The notes under the pieces are model-generated. The model made no database searches. It was not told the origin of the DNA and saw only the letters and a list, made by a program, of their open reading frames with translations. From Lepidodermella squamata (lineage: Eukaryota; Animalia; Gastrotricha), in contig JBLDXI010000006.1 in the NCBI GenBank assembly GCA_047495785.1, positions 186,001 to 250,000 on the forward strand: a stretch of 64,000 nucleotides of DNA. The letters run 5' to 3'. This document shows positions 24,438 through 37,065 of the stretch, one piece after another. Numbering within the stretch: position 1 is the first letter of the stretch; each line of letters starts with the position of its first letter. A program made the position numbers and the translations under genes.

Positions 24438-27022
24438 CTAGGATCGTTGCGAATTAGCTAAATCAACCACGATTTGGTTATTTACAGGTAAGGGGGCGTC
24501 TTTCAACGAAGACGTCATGGTGACAGTTTGTTGCTGCCCCATTTGCAGTTGCTGGGCCAACTGACTAGCCGCAAGAGCTGCCTCCAACTCGTTCCCAGTC
24601 CCAGCAACCATAGCCTCAAGGGACGCTTTCCGTTGCGTCGCAGCTTCTTGTTGCCTGGCTACCTCTAACATTGCATTATGAACAGCAGGAGTTACGACTA
24701 GCAACGCAATGGTTGACGTCAGGGTTATGATGACGAACGCCCAGAATAGGATGCGGTCGACCGCCCTAGCTAAGGACTGCCATTCCCGTAGAGATCGCGC
24801 TGAATCCGCTTCAAGAGCGTATTGGCTGGTCAAACGGTCTATCGCATCGGCGATTTCTTCGTACAACCGCTGAATCCGGCTCGAACAGTTTGAATTGTAG
24901 GGCGGCATGTAGCCGTTGAGGCCAACAGCGTTCATAACTCGAGGCATCATCGACGGCGCGAAGGATTGGTACTTGGTACCGCCGATGCTTCGGATAGGCG
25001 AGCGGTGTTTGTTGAATTTGTTGAGTGAACCGAACTCACCGGCGTCTAACAGCTCTTCATTTTCGCTGTCGAAGAAGTGCTTATTCGCGTAGTCAACAAA
25101 CGTGTCCCTCGCTCGGTTTTTCTGCTGTTGGTGGTGGTTCAGCACGTACATTGACATTTCGCTCGGGTCTTCGAAGCCGGATGGCTGGAAACCGCGGTTC
25201 ATGTGCACGACCAATTCGTCGCGATGAGGCGTGGCTGAGGGTGGTGGAGCTGGTGGGAATTGGTCGTCGATTCCGCCGAACATCACCATGGACTTACGGT
25301 AACGAAGTAGGTTGTTCTCAACACGTCGTATGGCCTCATCTGCCGGGCTGATTTCTTGGCTTGCTTTCAGGTCTTCCTTATTGCAGAAACGGATTAGGAG
25401 TCGGGCGAACTTCGGGGGTCGCCGTTTGACACCCAATGATGGTCGGTAGTGAAGACTTAGGACAAGGACAGTGAGGCAGACGGAAATTGCTGACATTGAC
25501 ATGACAGCAGTGAGGTAGATTGAAATGAGAGGAATAAACTCTGAAAAATAGCATTAAGGAGGAATTTTTGTAAAAAATTCAAATTACTTACCGCTGGTTT
25601 CTGGGAGCTTTTCTGTCACGGAAAGCATAAACACGGAGAAAGAGAGGAGTACCGTGATTCCGAGCTGAAAATGGGCAATTTATTTCGAATGACTCCTCAT
25701 GTTGACTATGACTTACCGCGCATTTTTCTCCCGAATCTGGAGGTAGTAAGAAAGTGAGCAATGTTAGCGAAGACATGATGAAAGTTGGGAAAAACACGTT
25801 GAAGAGGTAGTAGAGCGTCTTGCGGCGCATGTTTATGTAGAAGGTCAGGTCGATGTAAGGCTCTTCGCAACAAGTGTATTTGACCACGTGGCGGACTTGG
25901 TACGCCGATAGCACGTCCCATTCTCCGTTTAGGACGAAGCGGCTCAAATCGACCTCGCCCACACGACCGTGTAGGTCGACCTTCCAGCCATCGTAAGTCC
26001 AACTTCCGAATTTCAATCGACATTTCTAAATTAAAAAAAGTGGGTCATTTTCTTAGAAAAATAAAAGATATAACCTAATTTATTATTCAAATTAAACAAC
26101 CGTAAAAATCGTGAATATTCAAATTAGTTACCTGAGTATCGAAAGGGAAATAGGTCACATCAATCTAAGGAGAAAATTTACGAATTATTTGTGTTTAATT
26201 ATTGGCTATAATCACCGTGCAAGAACTGTAAAGCTTGACCGGGACGCCTAGGAAAACATTCCCATCATGGCTGATCATCGCTCGAATATCGACAGGCTTT
26301 GTCGCATAATCAGCGGCACTGTTACCAAAAAAACATAGGATGATTGATGATTTTATTCCAAAGCTCACTTGTTATAAAGCACCTATGTGAAAAATTATCT
26401 CAATTAGGATGAATGCTGAAGAAATGTTATAAGCTTACGATATCAGGCGTCCAGATTCTACCGGCTGGTATTCGAATCGTGTAAATACCGCCAAATCTAG
26501 CCGGATCCCAGTTTAAAAATTCGTCGGTCTTGATCGGAAATAAAATCCATTAAATTCGTGAACAAATACTAAAATAACGACAAATACGTACCCACTCGTG
26601 ATCTATCCAGACATTTGTAATAAGCATTTGATTTTTCTGTTCGAAACAAATTAAAAAATTTAAATAAAACTCAAAAGTGATAAATTACCTCATCCAATTC
26701 GAATATTTGGTTAACAGCTAGTCCAAGCCCGATTTTAATGATCGTCGACGAATTTTTGACTGGGCGAGTTAGAGGGTTGTAGTGCCGAACTGTGGGAAGA
26801 GAATAAATTTCGAAATATTTAATAAATTTTTAAAATACTCACGAATTTCACACAGCAGTCTCTGCTCATCGGGTATCTAAAAATATCGCGAAAATTTCAG
26901 ATTTTTCGTCGAAAAAGCTTTGTTGTAGTTACCCTATCAGTGTTTCGAGTATCGCACGGGGCTGATGTGGCGATTTGAAAATTTGAAAAAACAGCGAATA
27001 AAATAGCTGTTACAAATAGCAT
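24438..27022 (-). CDS. Nicotinic acetylcholine receptor alpha-type subunit (multi-exon)
   Basis: Signal exon MLFVTAILFAVFSNFQIATS; WTPDI-VLYNNA; Cys-loop SSCT-IDVTYFPFDTQ-KC; GSWTYDG; loop C YTCCEEPY with vicinal cysteines; M2 LPPDSGEK..LGITVLLS; M4 VDRILFW. Confidence 0.92.
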
Positions 27023-28502
27023 CCTCCTAAATTTTCTATTATTTAGACAATAAATTTCAAGGCATCTCGTAAAATTTGTATATATAAATAGCATTAAATG
27101 TCATCGGCATGACGATAAAAATATTTTTCTTAATAATTAAATTTCCCCGCCCATGTCCACTCGTCGCTAACGATACACAGCGGCTGTTATTCTAGTTTTT
27201 TTCATCGTTTAATAAAAATAAAATGGGATGAGTAGTTAGAAAAGCCGCGCTGCGGTCACATCAAATTCAACTTTCACCGCATCAAATATTGGACGGCGTA
27301 ATTTTTGCGATTATTATTATTATTATTTATCGTTCATCTGCTGCTGCTGTCATCGTTTAGGGAGGCCGCGCTCATGTGATCGATGGCCAATAAAATTCAA
27401 CTAAAATAATCGCGCGCAACTTCTGGCGCCGCGGCGGCCGGCGTAATTCATCGACAAATCACAAGATAAATTAGCACATTATTATTTAAAAACTCGCCCC
27501 GTGTTGCTGCGCCATACACGTTATTATTATTACAGAGGCGGTGATAAATATATATTGTTAGTAAAATCACGTCATGATTTAGAGCAGTCTATTTCAGCTC
27601 GGGCACTAAATTTACAAGCGGGATTTAGCGGTTGATTAAATTTTAATGACGCGCGCCGCTGCTGTAATTTTTGTCAAACATCACCATCATCACTACCGCT
27701 GCGCGTGTGGTTTCGCGACTCGCTTGTCTATCTATGTATATTTATGTATCAACTGCCAAGTCATGCCACATCACTACAGCAGTAGCAAAATATTTCCGCG
27801 ATTTTTTTGTACGATTATGTACGATTTTCCAGTGCATAGGTTCGATCGCACTGAATTTACGTTCAATGAATACTTGAAAAATGATTTACGACAATTTTGA
27901 AAGGCCGATTAGCCCAAATTCAATCTTAACCTGGGCTTGCGACTTCTCATTAACGCGATTTTCGATTAACAGAGTCTGATTAAAATTGAGAAAATTCTAT
28001 GTATATTAGTAACGTCTAATAAAATACATTAGAGACAATGTATTCCTCGATTTTTACTAACAAACTTGCAAACATTTGCAAGATGGTTTAAACATCAGTT
28101 GGGTTGTAACCATCGATGGAGTTGAAAATTCCGAAAACAATAATGCTGAATTCATTTTCTCCGCCATTATGAGAATTTAGCACCCGGCCATTATAGGTGA
28201 AAACGTCACTCGTCACTTTGGTATCCTCGTTTGTTCGCTAGCGAATTATTCCAAAAAGCTAATATGCTGTCATCGGAAAAAGGAAGTAAATGTTCGCAGA
28301 TTTGGTGCATTCTGACACGGTCATAGTGTAAGATCTTGAGTAAAGCGCTGCTCTCAACGTTTTATTGCTTCTCATATGGAAGATCTGATACTTAAAAGCG
28401 GATACGTAGAGTATTAAAGTACTCCAGCGTGGACCAGTCACACTACAATATTGATAGAAAAGTCACTTTCAGGAAACGAAATCCGCAATCTACCAGTGCG
28501 TG

Positions 28503-28692
28503 AAAATCGTCGAAACACGCGATTGGGTGGATTTTCTAGCATCATAGCATTTGGCATTCTGCGGAAAATCTCCGGATAACGATGCTTGTTTATTGCAAAT
28601 AAATCCACCCATTGATGAATTTTTTCTTTTCAAGAAATTATATGATAAAAAATTCCATGAAAATCCACCTAATCGCGTGCTTCAACAATTTT
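28503..28692. repeat. ~190-bp element with ~34-bp imperfect inverted repeats (MITE-like)
   Basis: aaaatcgtcgaaacacgcgattgggtggattttc matches the reverse complement of gaaaatccacctaatcgcgtgcttcaacaatttt. No TSD found. Confidence 0.5.
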
Positions 28693-29484
28693 TAGTCCAG
28701 CCAATAGCGATCTTGTAGATCGCTGATCCTCCCTCTTTGAAGTTTGAAGCGCCAGGCTCTGCTTCCTATCCGTACACTGCCACCCTTCAGTAATGCAATT
28801 TCAGGTCTGCTGACGCTAAACCTATCAAAGTCAATGTCAGTCGTTATAATGACAAGTCGTGTTTTTTTAATACTCATTCCAAATATGTTCAGCATTTATC
28901 ATGGAAGTTATTTTGCTTTTGGTATGGGGATCGTAATTAGGAATTAAAACTCGGCTTCGAATCAGTGATCAGTGGGTTTCGAATTGCCTGTGATCGTCAT
29001 TGTTTCAATAGCTCAGCTGATGAAGGCGGAAGGATGATTTTCCATTCAAAATTCATAATGTGATGGGCATTATTTCTCCTTAGTTAAAAGTCACATTTTA
29101 GCTTGCTATCATTTTGATGCTTAAAGAATCTCTATTCTTTACTGCAATAAGCGAAATGATGTTTTTCAACAGTAAGTTAAATGTTCTTCTTTCACATCCT
29201 TTACAGAATTATGTTGTATTACGGGCAAAGTGTAAATACAACTCGAAAAACTATATTGAATATATGGAAAATACTTAGAAACTCTACTGCATGTATATGA
29301 GACTCTTAATATTACAAAACAACCAGCGTCGAGTGTGGCTACACGCTACAGGCGCCCTTATGTGAATAAAAATTTGAACAGGTGGCAAATTATTGGCAAG
29401 CGATCGTTGTAACATGGGGGTGCTGTGCCTGCAATTTTTAATTTTTCGTTTTTTCCTTTCGAATTTATGTGACTTCATCTCAGT

Positions 29485-30372
29485 ATGAACAAGTTGCTGC
29501 TTATTGCTTTTGTCGCTGTAGGTTCTGTGTTTTTTCAATCGCTCTGCGGTCTAATAATTGTGTTACAGGCATTTGTCACTGAATGGACTGCTACTGCGAG
29601 TGAAAATGTGGCAATAGAAGACGCTCGGGAAATTGACCAGCTTCCCTCTCTGGAACGCGAGGAGGCACTGGACGAATTAGCTCGCGGCTATGGTGGTCAG
29701 TCATTCTCTGGTCACAGCGATGAAGGAGCCGATCGCTCCATCGACTCCCAGGAAAATAATAAACATATGGGCGTGGAAGAGAAGAGAAGAGCAGCCGAAA
29801 TTGTCGGACAGAAGGGTGGGGTGAAGGGCGTCAAGCAGGGCGACAGTAAGGTCGGCAAGAAGGGCGGGAAGAAGGACGGAAAGAAGGGCGGTAAGAAGGG
29901 CGACAAGAAGGTCGGAAAGAAGGGCGGGAAGAAGGACGGAAAGAAGGGCGGTAAGAAGGGCGGTAAGAAGGGCCACAAGAAGGGCGACAAGAAGGTCGGC
30001 AAGAAGGGCCACAAGAAGGGCGACAAGAAGGTCGGCAAGAAGGGCCACAAGAAGGGCGACAAGAAGGTCGGCAAGAAGGGCGGGAAGAAGGACGGAAAGA
30101 AGGGTGGGGGGAAGGGCGACAAGAAGGGCGACAAGAAGGGCGACAAGAAGGGCGGAAAGAAGGGCGGTAAGAAGGAAGTCACGAAGGGCGGAAAGAAGGG
30201 CGGTAAGAAGGAAGTCACGAAGGGTGGGGAGAAGGGCGACAAGAAGGTCGGCAAGAAGGGCGGGAAGAAGGGCGGTAAGAAGGACGGTAAGAAGGGCGAC
30301 AAGAAGGACCGAGAGAGAAACGAAAAGAAGGGCGGTAAGACTGAAGGAAAGAAGGGCGATAATTTATTGTAG
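29485..30372 (+). CDS. Secreted Lys/Gly-rich tetrapeptide-repeat protein (KKGG/KKGD/KKVG/KKDG/KKGH)
   Basis: Signal peptide split by an in-frame 51-bp intron (29518-29568), an acidic pro-like segment, then a 12-bp-period coding repeat at ~29810-30360. Confidence 0.8.
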   Translation: MNKLLLIAFVAVGSVFFQSLCGLIIVLQAFVTEWTATASENVAIEDAREIDQLPSLEREEALDELARGYGGQSFSGHSDEGADRSIDSQENNKHMGVEEKRRAAEIVGQKGGVKGVKQGDSKVGKKGGKKDGKKGGKKGDKKVGKKGGKKDGKKGGKKGGKKGHKKGDKKVGKKGHKKGDKKVGKKGHKKGDKKVGKKGGKKDGKKGGGKGDKKGDKKGDKKGGKKGGKKEVTKGGKKGGKKEVTKGGEKGDKKVGKKGGKKGGKKDGKKGDKKDRERNEKKGGKTEGKKGDNLL

Positions 30373-31798
30373 GGTAAGGGTAACTAGACTGCTGCCGGTC
30401 AGGAAAGAGCGGTGAGTTGCCTCGGTGAGAAGTTTGAATTTTGTATCTGTTCATATATCACTCAGGATTAATATTTGCGGAGGCGTAAATAGTTCAATCA
30501 GTAACATATTTATCCATTGATTTATCGGCGTGTTGCTTGTTTGCTGTGTGTTTGAAGTAGACTTCAATAAACGTGAGGTTTCGATCAATTACGTAAGGTG
30601 TGGGAAAACTTTTTTGCCTCGATGTTTTCGAATAACTTTCCAACTTTTCGAACCGTAAGTCATGCGATGCAGCGGTTTTCAGCAAACTGAAGAGCAGGTG
30701 TCTGATTATTCCCTGAGAGTTTGTTCAAAAAAGATGCACCCTTGAAAAGATGTTCAATAAAAGCGTTTTGCTATTTTTCCAATCAAGGTATTTCCTTGTT
30801 GAATAATGCCATTTTTCATACGATGTGGCCTGACATGATTGTCTCTCTTGCCAGAGGCAAGTTTTCTCAGAGATGGTCCGTGATGGTCACGGATCCCTTA
30901 AAAAAGACTGTACGGCTATCCGAAGCTCAAGGTATCATAAAATTGTCACAGAGTAATCAATAATTCCGCAAAATGATTTCTGATCGCGGCTGGTGGATGA
31001 GACCTTTTCTGATGGCGCTATGTCTCCTTCTTGACGGCGCGTTATTGACCTAATTCCCAGCTGAGAAACATTTCTGTTGAAGCCTTTTCACAGGATGATG
31101 CTATCAAACCTCAAATCCTGTAAATTGCGATGTTTTCAATGATAATTGAACTGAAAGTCGCGGACAGGATTTTTTCTTCGAGGAAATTTTACCCCAGAAT
31201 AGATCTATCGACTGGTGAAAGCCGCAAAATTCTTCATGGTTATGAAGTTATTCAAAAACAGCGAGGCAAAAACGTTATTGAGCATTCTTTAGTTCTTGAC
31301 ACTTTTCGAATTGATGCAGATGGAGAGGATTTGCTCGACATCCCATTCTAAGAAACTAACACTCTTTAAATTTACGGATAGGCCGTTTGCTTCAAACTTT
31401 CAAGCTTTATCCCGAAGGAGAAGCAGTCCGTCCATCCTTCTGCTCGCGCCGCCTCGGTGACCAACGAAAATCCTATCGATCCGTATAAAAAATTATGAAG
31501 GCACTATTATCGACTGGCGCAGCCTCATGATGCCGATCATTTTATTCATTTTCAAGAGTAAAGAATAATGAAATGATGTTCTACAGCACGCTAGATTATA
31601 GACTCCTCATTTTACAAATTAACTAGTGATGGGTGCGACTACACACTACACGAGGATGCGCCTTCGTGTACATGTGAATCAAAATTTGAACAGGTGGCAA
31701 TTTATTGGCAAGCGACCGTTGTAATGCGGGCGCGTAATGCCAGAGAAGGTTTTAATTAGTCGCTTTTTTCTATCAACTTTTCGTGAATTTATCTCGGT

Positions 31799-32226
31799 AT
31801 GAATAAGTTGCTGCTTATCGCTATTGTCGTTGTAGGTTCTATGCTGTTTTCAATTACAATCTAATAATTGTGTTACAGGCATCTGTCACTAAATGGACTG
31901 CAACTGCGGGTGAAAACGTGGCATTAGAAGACGCCCGAGAGATTGAGCAGCTTCACTCTCTGGCACGCGAGGAGGCATTGCACGAAGCGGCTCGATTCCA
32001 TGGTTCCAAGAGAGAGGACACAAAGAAGGACGGGAAGAAGCACGACGACAAGCACGACGTAAAGAAGCACGATACAAAGGACGAGAAGAAGCACAACACG
32101 AAGGACGGGAAGAAGCACGACGACAGGCACGACGGAAAGAAGGACGCAAAGAAGGATGACTGGAAGCACGACGAAAAGAAAAGCGGAAAGAAGCACGACG
32201 ACAAAAAGAAGGGCAGTAAGAAATAA
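31799..32226 (+). CDS. Secreted Lys/Asp/His-rich repeat protein, paralog of 29485-30372
   Basis: MNKLLLIAIVV, a 47-bp intron (31832-31878), a homologous ENVALEDAREIEQL..L.REEAL segment, then KKHDDK-type repeats. Upstream and 3' flanks are also homologous. Confidence 0.8.
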
Positions 32227-32566
32227 GAAAGGTGGAAAGAAGGACAGTAAAGAGGAAGAATAGGGCAACTGGACTGCTGCGGGTCGTGGAGTGTCATGAG
32301 CTGCCTGGGATTAAGTTTGGATTAATACTCATGGAACTGATCAAAGTTCAACCAGTAACATAATAATGTTATCCATTGGTTTATCGGCGTGTGGTGCATT
32401 TGCTGTGTGTTCGAGATTGAGTTGAATAAACTGAGGTTGCGGTCAATCAGGGGATTCTTGACCTCATCGAATTGATGTGTATGGGAAAGCTTTGTGTGCC
32501 ATCACATTCTAATAGACACTGACAATCTCTAAGCCTGCAGTTTTATCATATTTTCGACTCACTTTC

Positions 32567-33181
32567 TCCTCTTCTCACCGATCAGTCAATTTGCGCGCAC
32601 TGTCATCGACGAGCGCGGCTCTCCGGAGCTGGCCCGTGCGTTGTTGCTAATTTTTCTTGACTCTTAATTCATAAAATTTCTTTTATTACTGGCCAGGGTG
32701 CGAAGTACAGGGGTGCTGAGGTGTTGCGACACTCCATCTCTGGGACTTCAACCAGAGTAAGGCTGAAAAACAATAGGGGTACCATTAGGTTTCTTCAGCC
32801 TTTCTTCCGCTGGGTGCTAATAGAAAACAACTCAGCTCCCGGATCCTACTTCGCACACTGTTACTGGCCCTTCTGACGATTTAAGATTTACTACGATAAT
32901 TTACTGAGATTCTAACTCAATAAAAGATGTTTATTTTTCATGTTTTTAGGTTTCAACAAGATGAATTTGCTGGAATTGCTCCTCGCGACCTCAGCAAATC
33001 GGCCAAATCGATTTTGTTGTCGTAAATAACCCAATAATGAGCTAGAATACCTTTTTGCCCCTCTGACTAGCAACAGTCGAACTAATTCAATTACCTGCCC
33101 ATTCCCAGCCGCACACATCAAAGCCGTCCAGCCATGGTAATCTTTCCTGGGATTCACATCTGCTTCGCGATCCACGAACAG
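32567..33181 (-). pseudogene. Degenerate partial duplicate of the terminal ankyrin exon and 3' flank of the 33814-36544 gene
   Basis: DREADVNPRKDYHGWTALMCAAGNGQV matches DRGADVNSREDFYGRTVLMYAAGNDQV. Internal repeats are missing and the end is frameshifted. Flank 32567-32693 matches 33615-33730. Confidence 0.75.
32694..32860. mobile_element. 167-bp hAT-type MITE
   Basis: TIRs cagggtgcgaagta / tacttcgcacactg (13/14 match) and a perfect 8-bp TSD ttactggc (32686-32693, 32861-32868). The paralogous flank near 33725 lacks the insert. Confidence 0.88.
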
Positions 33182-33813
33182 TAGGATCGGCGTATTTCAA
33201 TTTACCCAAGCTTCTAAATGATACAGGCTTCTAAACGAGGGTAGGCTTATATTTCGGTACTACGGTAACTCGATTTATTAGGTCTTCCATTCGGGTGAAC
33301 CTCAGCGTCCGCCGCTATACAATCCCGTTAGCGTCTTCGACGTCGAAAGCCGCTGCCGTGTTCATGGTGTGGCGGGCTTCTTTGCGCAGTGGCTACGATG
33401 CTATGCTGCGAATGCTGCTCAGTTTGTCCCGCCTGTCGCCTCTGACCCCAAGCCGTTAACCCTTCGTACATCTTCCAACCTTTCTCGGTTAGCCCTCCGT
33501 CACTTTCTCTCTCTTTTCTTTATCCACTTGCTCCGTCTCTATGTGTTGCCTCCTCATGCCTCCAACCTTCCTTGCTATTGACAACCACTCTCCCTTTCCA
33601 CTCCCTCCACTCCACTCCTCTGCTCACCCATCAATGTATTTACGCGCACCGTTGTCAACGAGCGCGGCTCTCGGTAGCTGGCTCGCGGTTTGCTAGTATT
33701 TGTCTTGACTTTATTTTTTATTACTTGCCTTGACTGATGTTTTACTGAAGATGACAACACATTACAAATCCCAAAACGCAATAAAATATGTTCACGTTTT
33801 ATGGTGTTATGTT

Positions 33814-36544
33814 TCAACAAGATGACTTTGCTGGGCTTCCTCCTCGCGACCTCAGCAAATCGGCCACATCAGTTTTGTTATAGCAGATCGCCCAATCAAG
33901 AGCTGTCTTGCCATCTGAATCTCTGGAATCCCCATTTGCACCCCTGTCCAGCAGCAGTGGAACCACTTCGACTTGCCCAAACATGGCCGCGTACATCAAC
34001 GCCGTCACACCATTGTTATCCTTTCCCTCGATGGCAGCGCTGCGATCCAGCAGCAGTTCAACCACTCCAACGTGCCCAGTCTCAGCCGCATAAACCAACG
34101 CCGTTGCGCCATTGTTATTTTTAGCCTCAATGTCAGCGTTGCGATCCAGCAGCAGTCGGGCTACTTCCACCTGATCATTCCCAGCCGCATACATCAACAC
34201 CGTCCTGCCATAGAAATCTTCCCTGGAATTCACATCTGCTCCGCGATCCACGAACAGCTGAGCAATTTGCAATCGTCCATCTGATTGCGTTTGCCCGCAT
34301 GTTACGCTGTGCAGCAGGGTGCTATTTATCGCATACCCTGACCAATGCCGACCGCAGTCGTGCTTCTTTGGGTTGCGCCAGTTCGGGTCGAATTCGCCGC
34401 CAGTGGATTCGTCGATCACCGCAACGATTCGCCGCACTCGCGCCACGTCGTCCGTAAAGGCAGTAACATTCCACAACTGCTCGTAAACTTCAAAGATCTA
34501 AATGTAACAAACAGAAATCAAGCAATCTTGGATGGCATGGAATACAGAATTATGGGAATTCGCTTGAATTCCAATATCATTTCAGTTTTACTCTGATTCG
34601 ATTATTTGAGCTGTGTTGAATGACCGAATGGCTTCCTTTGGAAAACTTACAGGTCTTCGCTGCCTCGAGGCGCAAGAACCCGGCTGGGACCACGCTAAGT
34701 TGGAACGGCACGATATGGTAGAATTTCCTCGAATCTCGAAATTCAGGTTGCATGATATGCTTCGAGTGGCTCCGACGCTGGATAGGCCAGGAGATACGGA
34801 CCCGTTTCGTATCATAGGTAGCGGTCCACAGACTTGATACAACGATTTTGTTAGAAGAATCGACAATCACTTGAAAATGAGTCACCTGATGCTACGCAGC
34901 TCCCAGCCGCAGACCACCTGCCGTTTGCTTGGCATTGACTTGTTGCCTGGCCAATGAGCCCGAAACCGGGATTGCAGAACAATGTCACCGTGGACAAGTA
35001 CAAAGTTGATGTGTTGTTGCTCGTATAATATCCGTTACTCAGCTCAGGAGCAGGGCCGCAGTCTTTATCATACGCATAAGCTCTCTCTGATTGGGATACC
35101 CCGTTTTACTTACCTAATGGGTTGCATCTCCCATTTATCACCGGCCGAAATGGAGGTACGCACGTGGCGATCGAAACCGAGGACGAGTAGGTATAACCAG
35201 GGTCACATTTCACGCTAAGGGCTCCTCCTTTTTCCACTACAGTCCCATGCCTTAGAACTGCGCCGGTATCTTCCGAAGTTTCCGGGTCCACTCGGGTCAC
35301 AAATCCCGCAGATAGGTTGGGCACGGGGCAAGACTGATCTGGTGTGCTTGTCTGGCTGCGAACATCTGTGTTTTCCGAAATCCAATCGAGAACCTTGCAG
35401 ACTCTGCTATATATACCAGGCACGTACCCACTGCACGACACATCGCCGTTGGAAATTATGCCAAGTAGGTAAGTCTGACTGGATTTCAAACACATTAGAG
35501 GGCCCCCGGAATCTCCGAAGCAAACGTCACCATCATCGGCAGCGAAACACATTTTCGAGTCGGTGATGGTGACCGGATTCAATCGGCCGCGTGAATATTC
35601 CATTGAGCAATTTTGGTACGATCGAACTTGAAGATCCAGTTTCCTTGGAATCTCAGATAGTCTGGCTAAAACACGAGAGAGCAATCAGGAAAGGAAGCGG
35701 GAGGACAAGGGCGCAACTGAGGGGAAGGGGATAGGGGGCTCCCTAGCTGAAAAAAATCCACTCGAAATACCTGGTCCGAAATCCGAAAATCCTAAAAAAT
35801 GATGTGCTAGCCCCACCCAAGGGGGGCCCCCTGGCTGGAATGATGGAGAATCACGAAACATACTGTGTGAAAAGTAACCCCATCCGACCGCGACCGCTGA
35901 ATCGCATCCGTCGATGGAATTGGCGGTTAAAGGGTTGGTTTTGCACATTGTACTAGCGTCAGGTAAACAAATCGGCATGATCTGCTGTGACAATCTAGTG
36001 ACTGGGCTCAATAGGCGCAAGAGAGCGAAGTCAAAGTCGTAGAAATTCTGACTCCCGTTGTAAAGTGGATGCACCAAAGGAGGCAGCGACACGACAGATT
36101 CGTAAGAGCCCGCCTCCGAACGAACACTGATATTATGGCGACCTAATAGCGCTTTGATACTGTGCAAATGAAAAATATACCATCGAACAGATAAATTAAC
36201 AATCTCGCGTACAAAATGGGGGTCTCTCCTGCATTCCAAACACAATGAGCAGCTGTAATTAGCCATTGCTTCGAGATGAGGGAAGCTCCGCAGTAAGACG
36301 CTGAGGATTCGCCGCTTCTGTAAATCTCGAGGAAGACCTATAGCAACATCCTGTTTGTGTTGGATAGCATCAATATTGAATGGAAACGAACAAGCCATGG
36401 GTATTCGTTTGGTACTGCTGGATGGCTGCCAGGGCCTCGCGATTTCGCCATAGACGCAGGGTTCACAGCACCGCATTCTTGAGCAACGACTGCTCCGGAT
36501 ACCAGCACAAGGAAGGCAATTGTAAAAACCACCAGAGGTCGCAT
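33814..36544 (-). CDS. Secreted trypsin-like serine protease - 3x Sushi/CCP - ankyrin repeat fusion (7 exons, 722 aa)
   Basis: Exons 36544-36392, 36337-36213, 36159-35864, 35665-35114, 35062-34886, 34832-34651 and 34497-33814 are all GT-AG and phase-consistent. TAAHC, DFALL and GDSGGP are intact, followed by three CCP-like 4-Cys modules and about 4-5 ANK repeats. Confidence 0.85.
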
Positions 36545-37065
36545 TTCGACAAGTTTACAACAAAAGTTGAGGTACAGCTACCAGCAAAGGCTTGATAAAA
36601 CCTTCTTCGCCGTGTTCATTAAGGTAAAACATGCTTTAAAGTGTATTTTTTAACAGTTTTTTTCGTGTGTTATATTTTATTTGTAATGTTGACGAGCAAC
36701 CTGTATTTGAAGGATTGACAAATTTTGACGCATAGCTAAAACGCTAAAACGTGGCGCTTTCAAATGATGTGTGCTGTGTGTTTGAGATATTGAGTTCAAT
36801 AAACCTGAGGCGGCGATCAGCAAAGTAGTTCTTGACTCTTTTCGAATTGATGCAGATAATATTAGGGAAGGTTTGTGCGACATCCCATTCTGAGAGATTT
36901 AGTTTCAGCACTTGACAGGCTGTCCATCCCGAAACAAGTGTAGTTTTAATATACTTCACTTCTCAGAAATGTATTCTCAATTTACTTCGAGTTAATTTTG
37001 CAGCAACTGAACAGAAAATGGGTGAGAGTTGTAAATCATTAAAACAAATGGACATCAGCGGCTAA

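Noticed and set aside
29701-30454. Long antisense and alternative-frame ORFs (PFLP, ALL, RRAT repeats) and a CRISPR-like periodic look
   Set aside because: These are shadows of the 12-bp coding repeat. There are no unique spacers and the context is eukaryotic.
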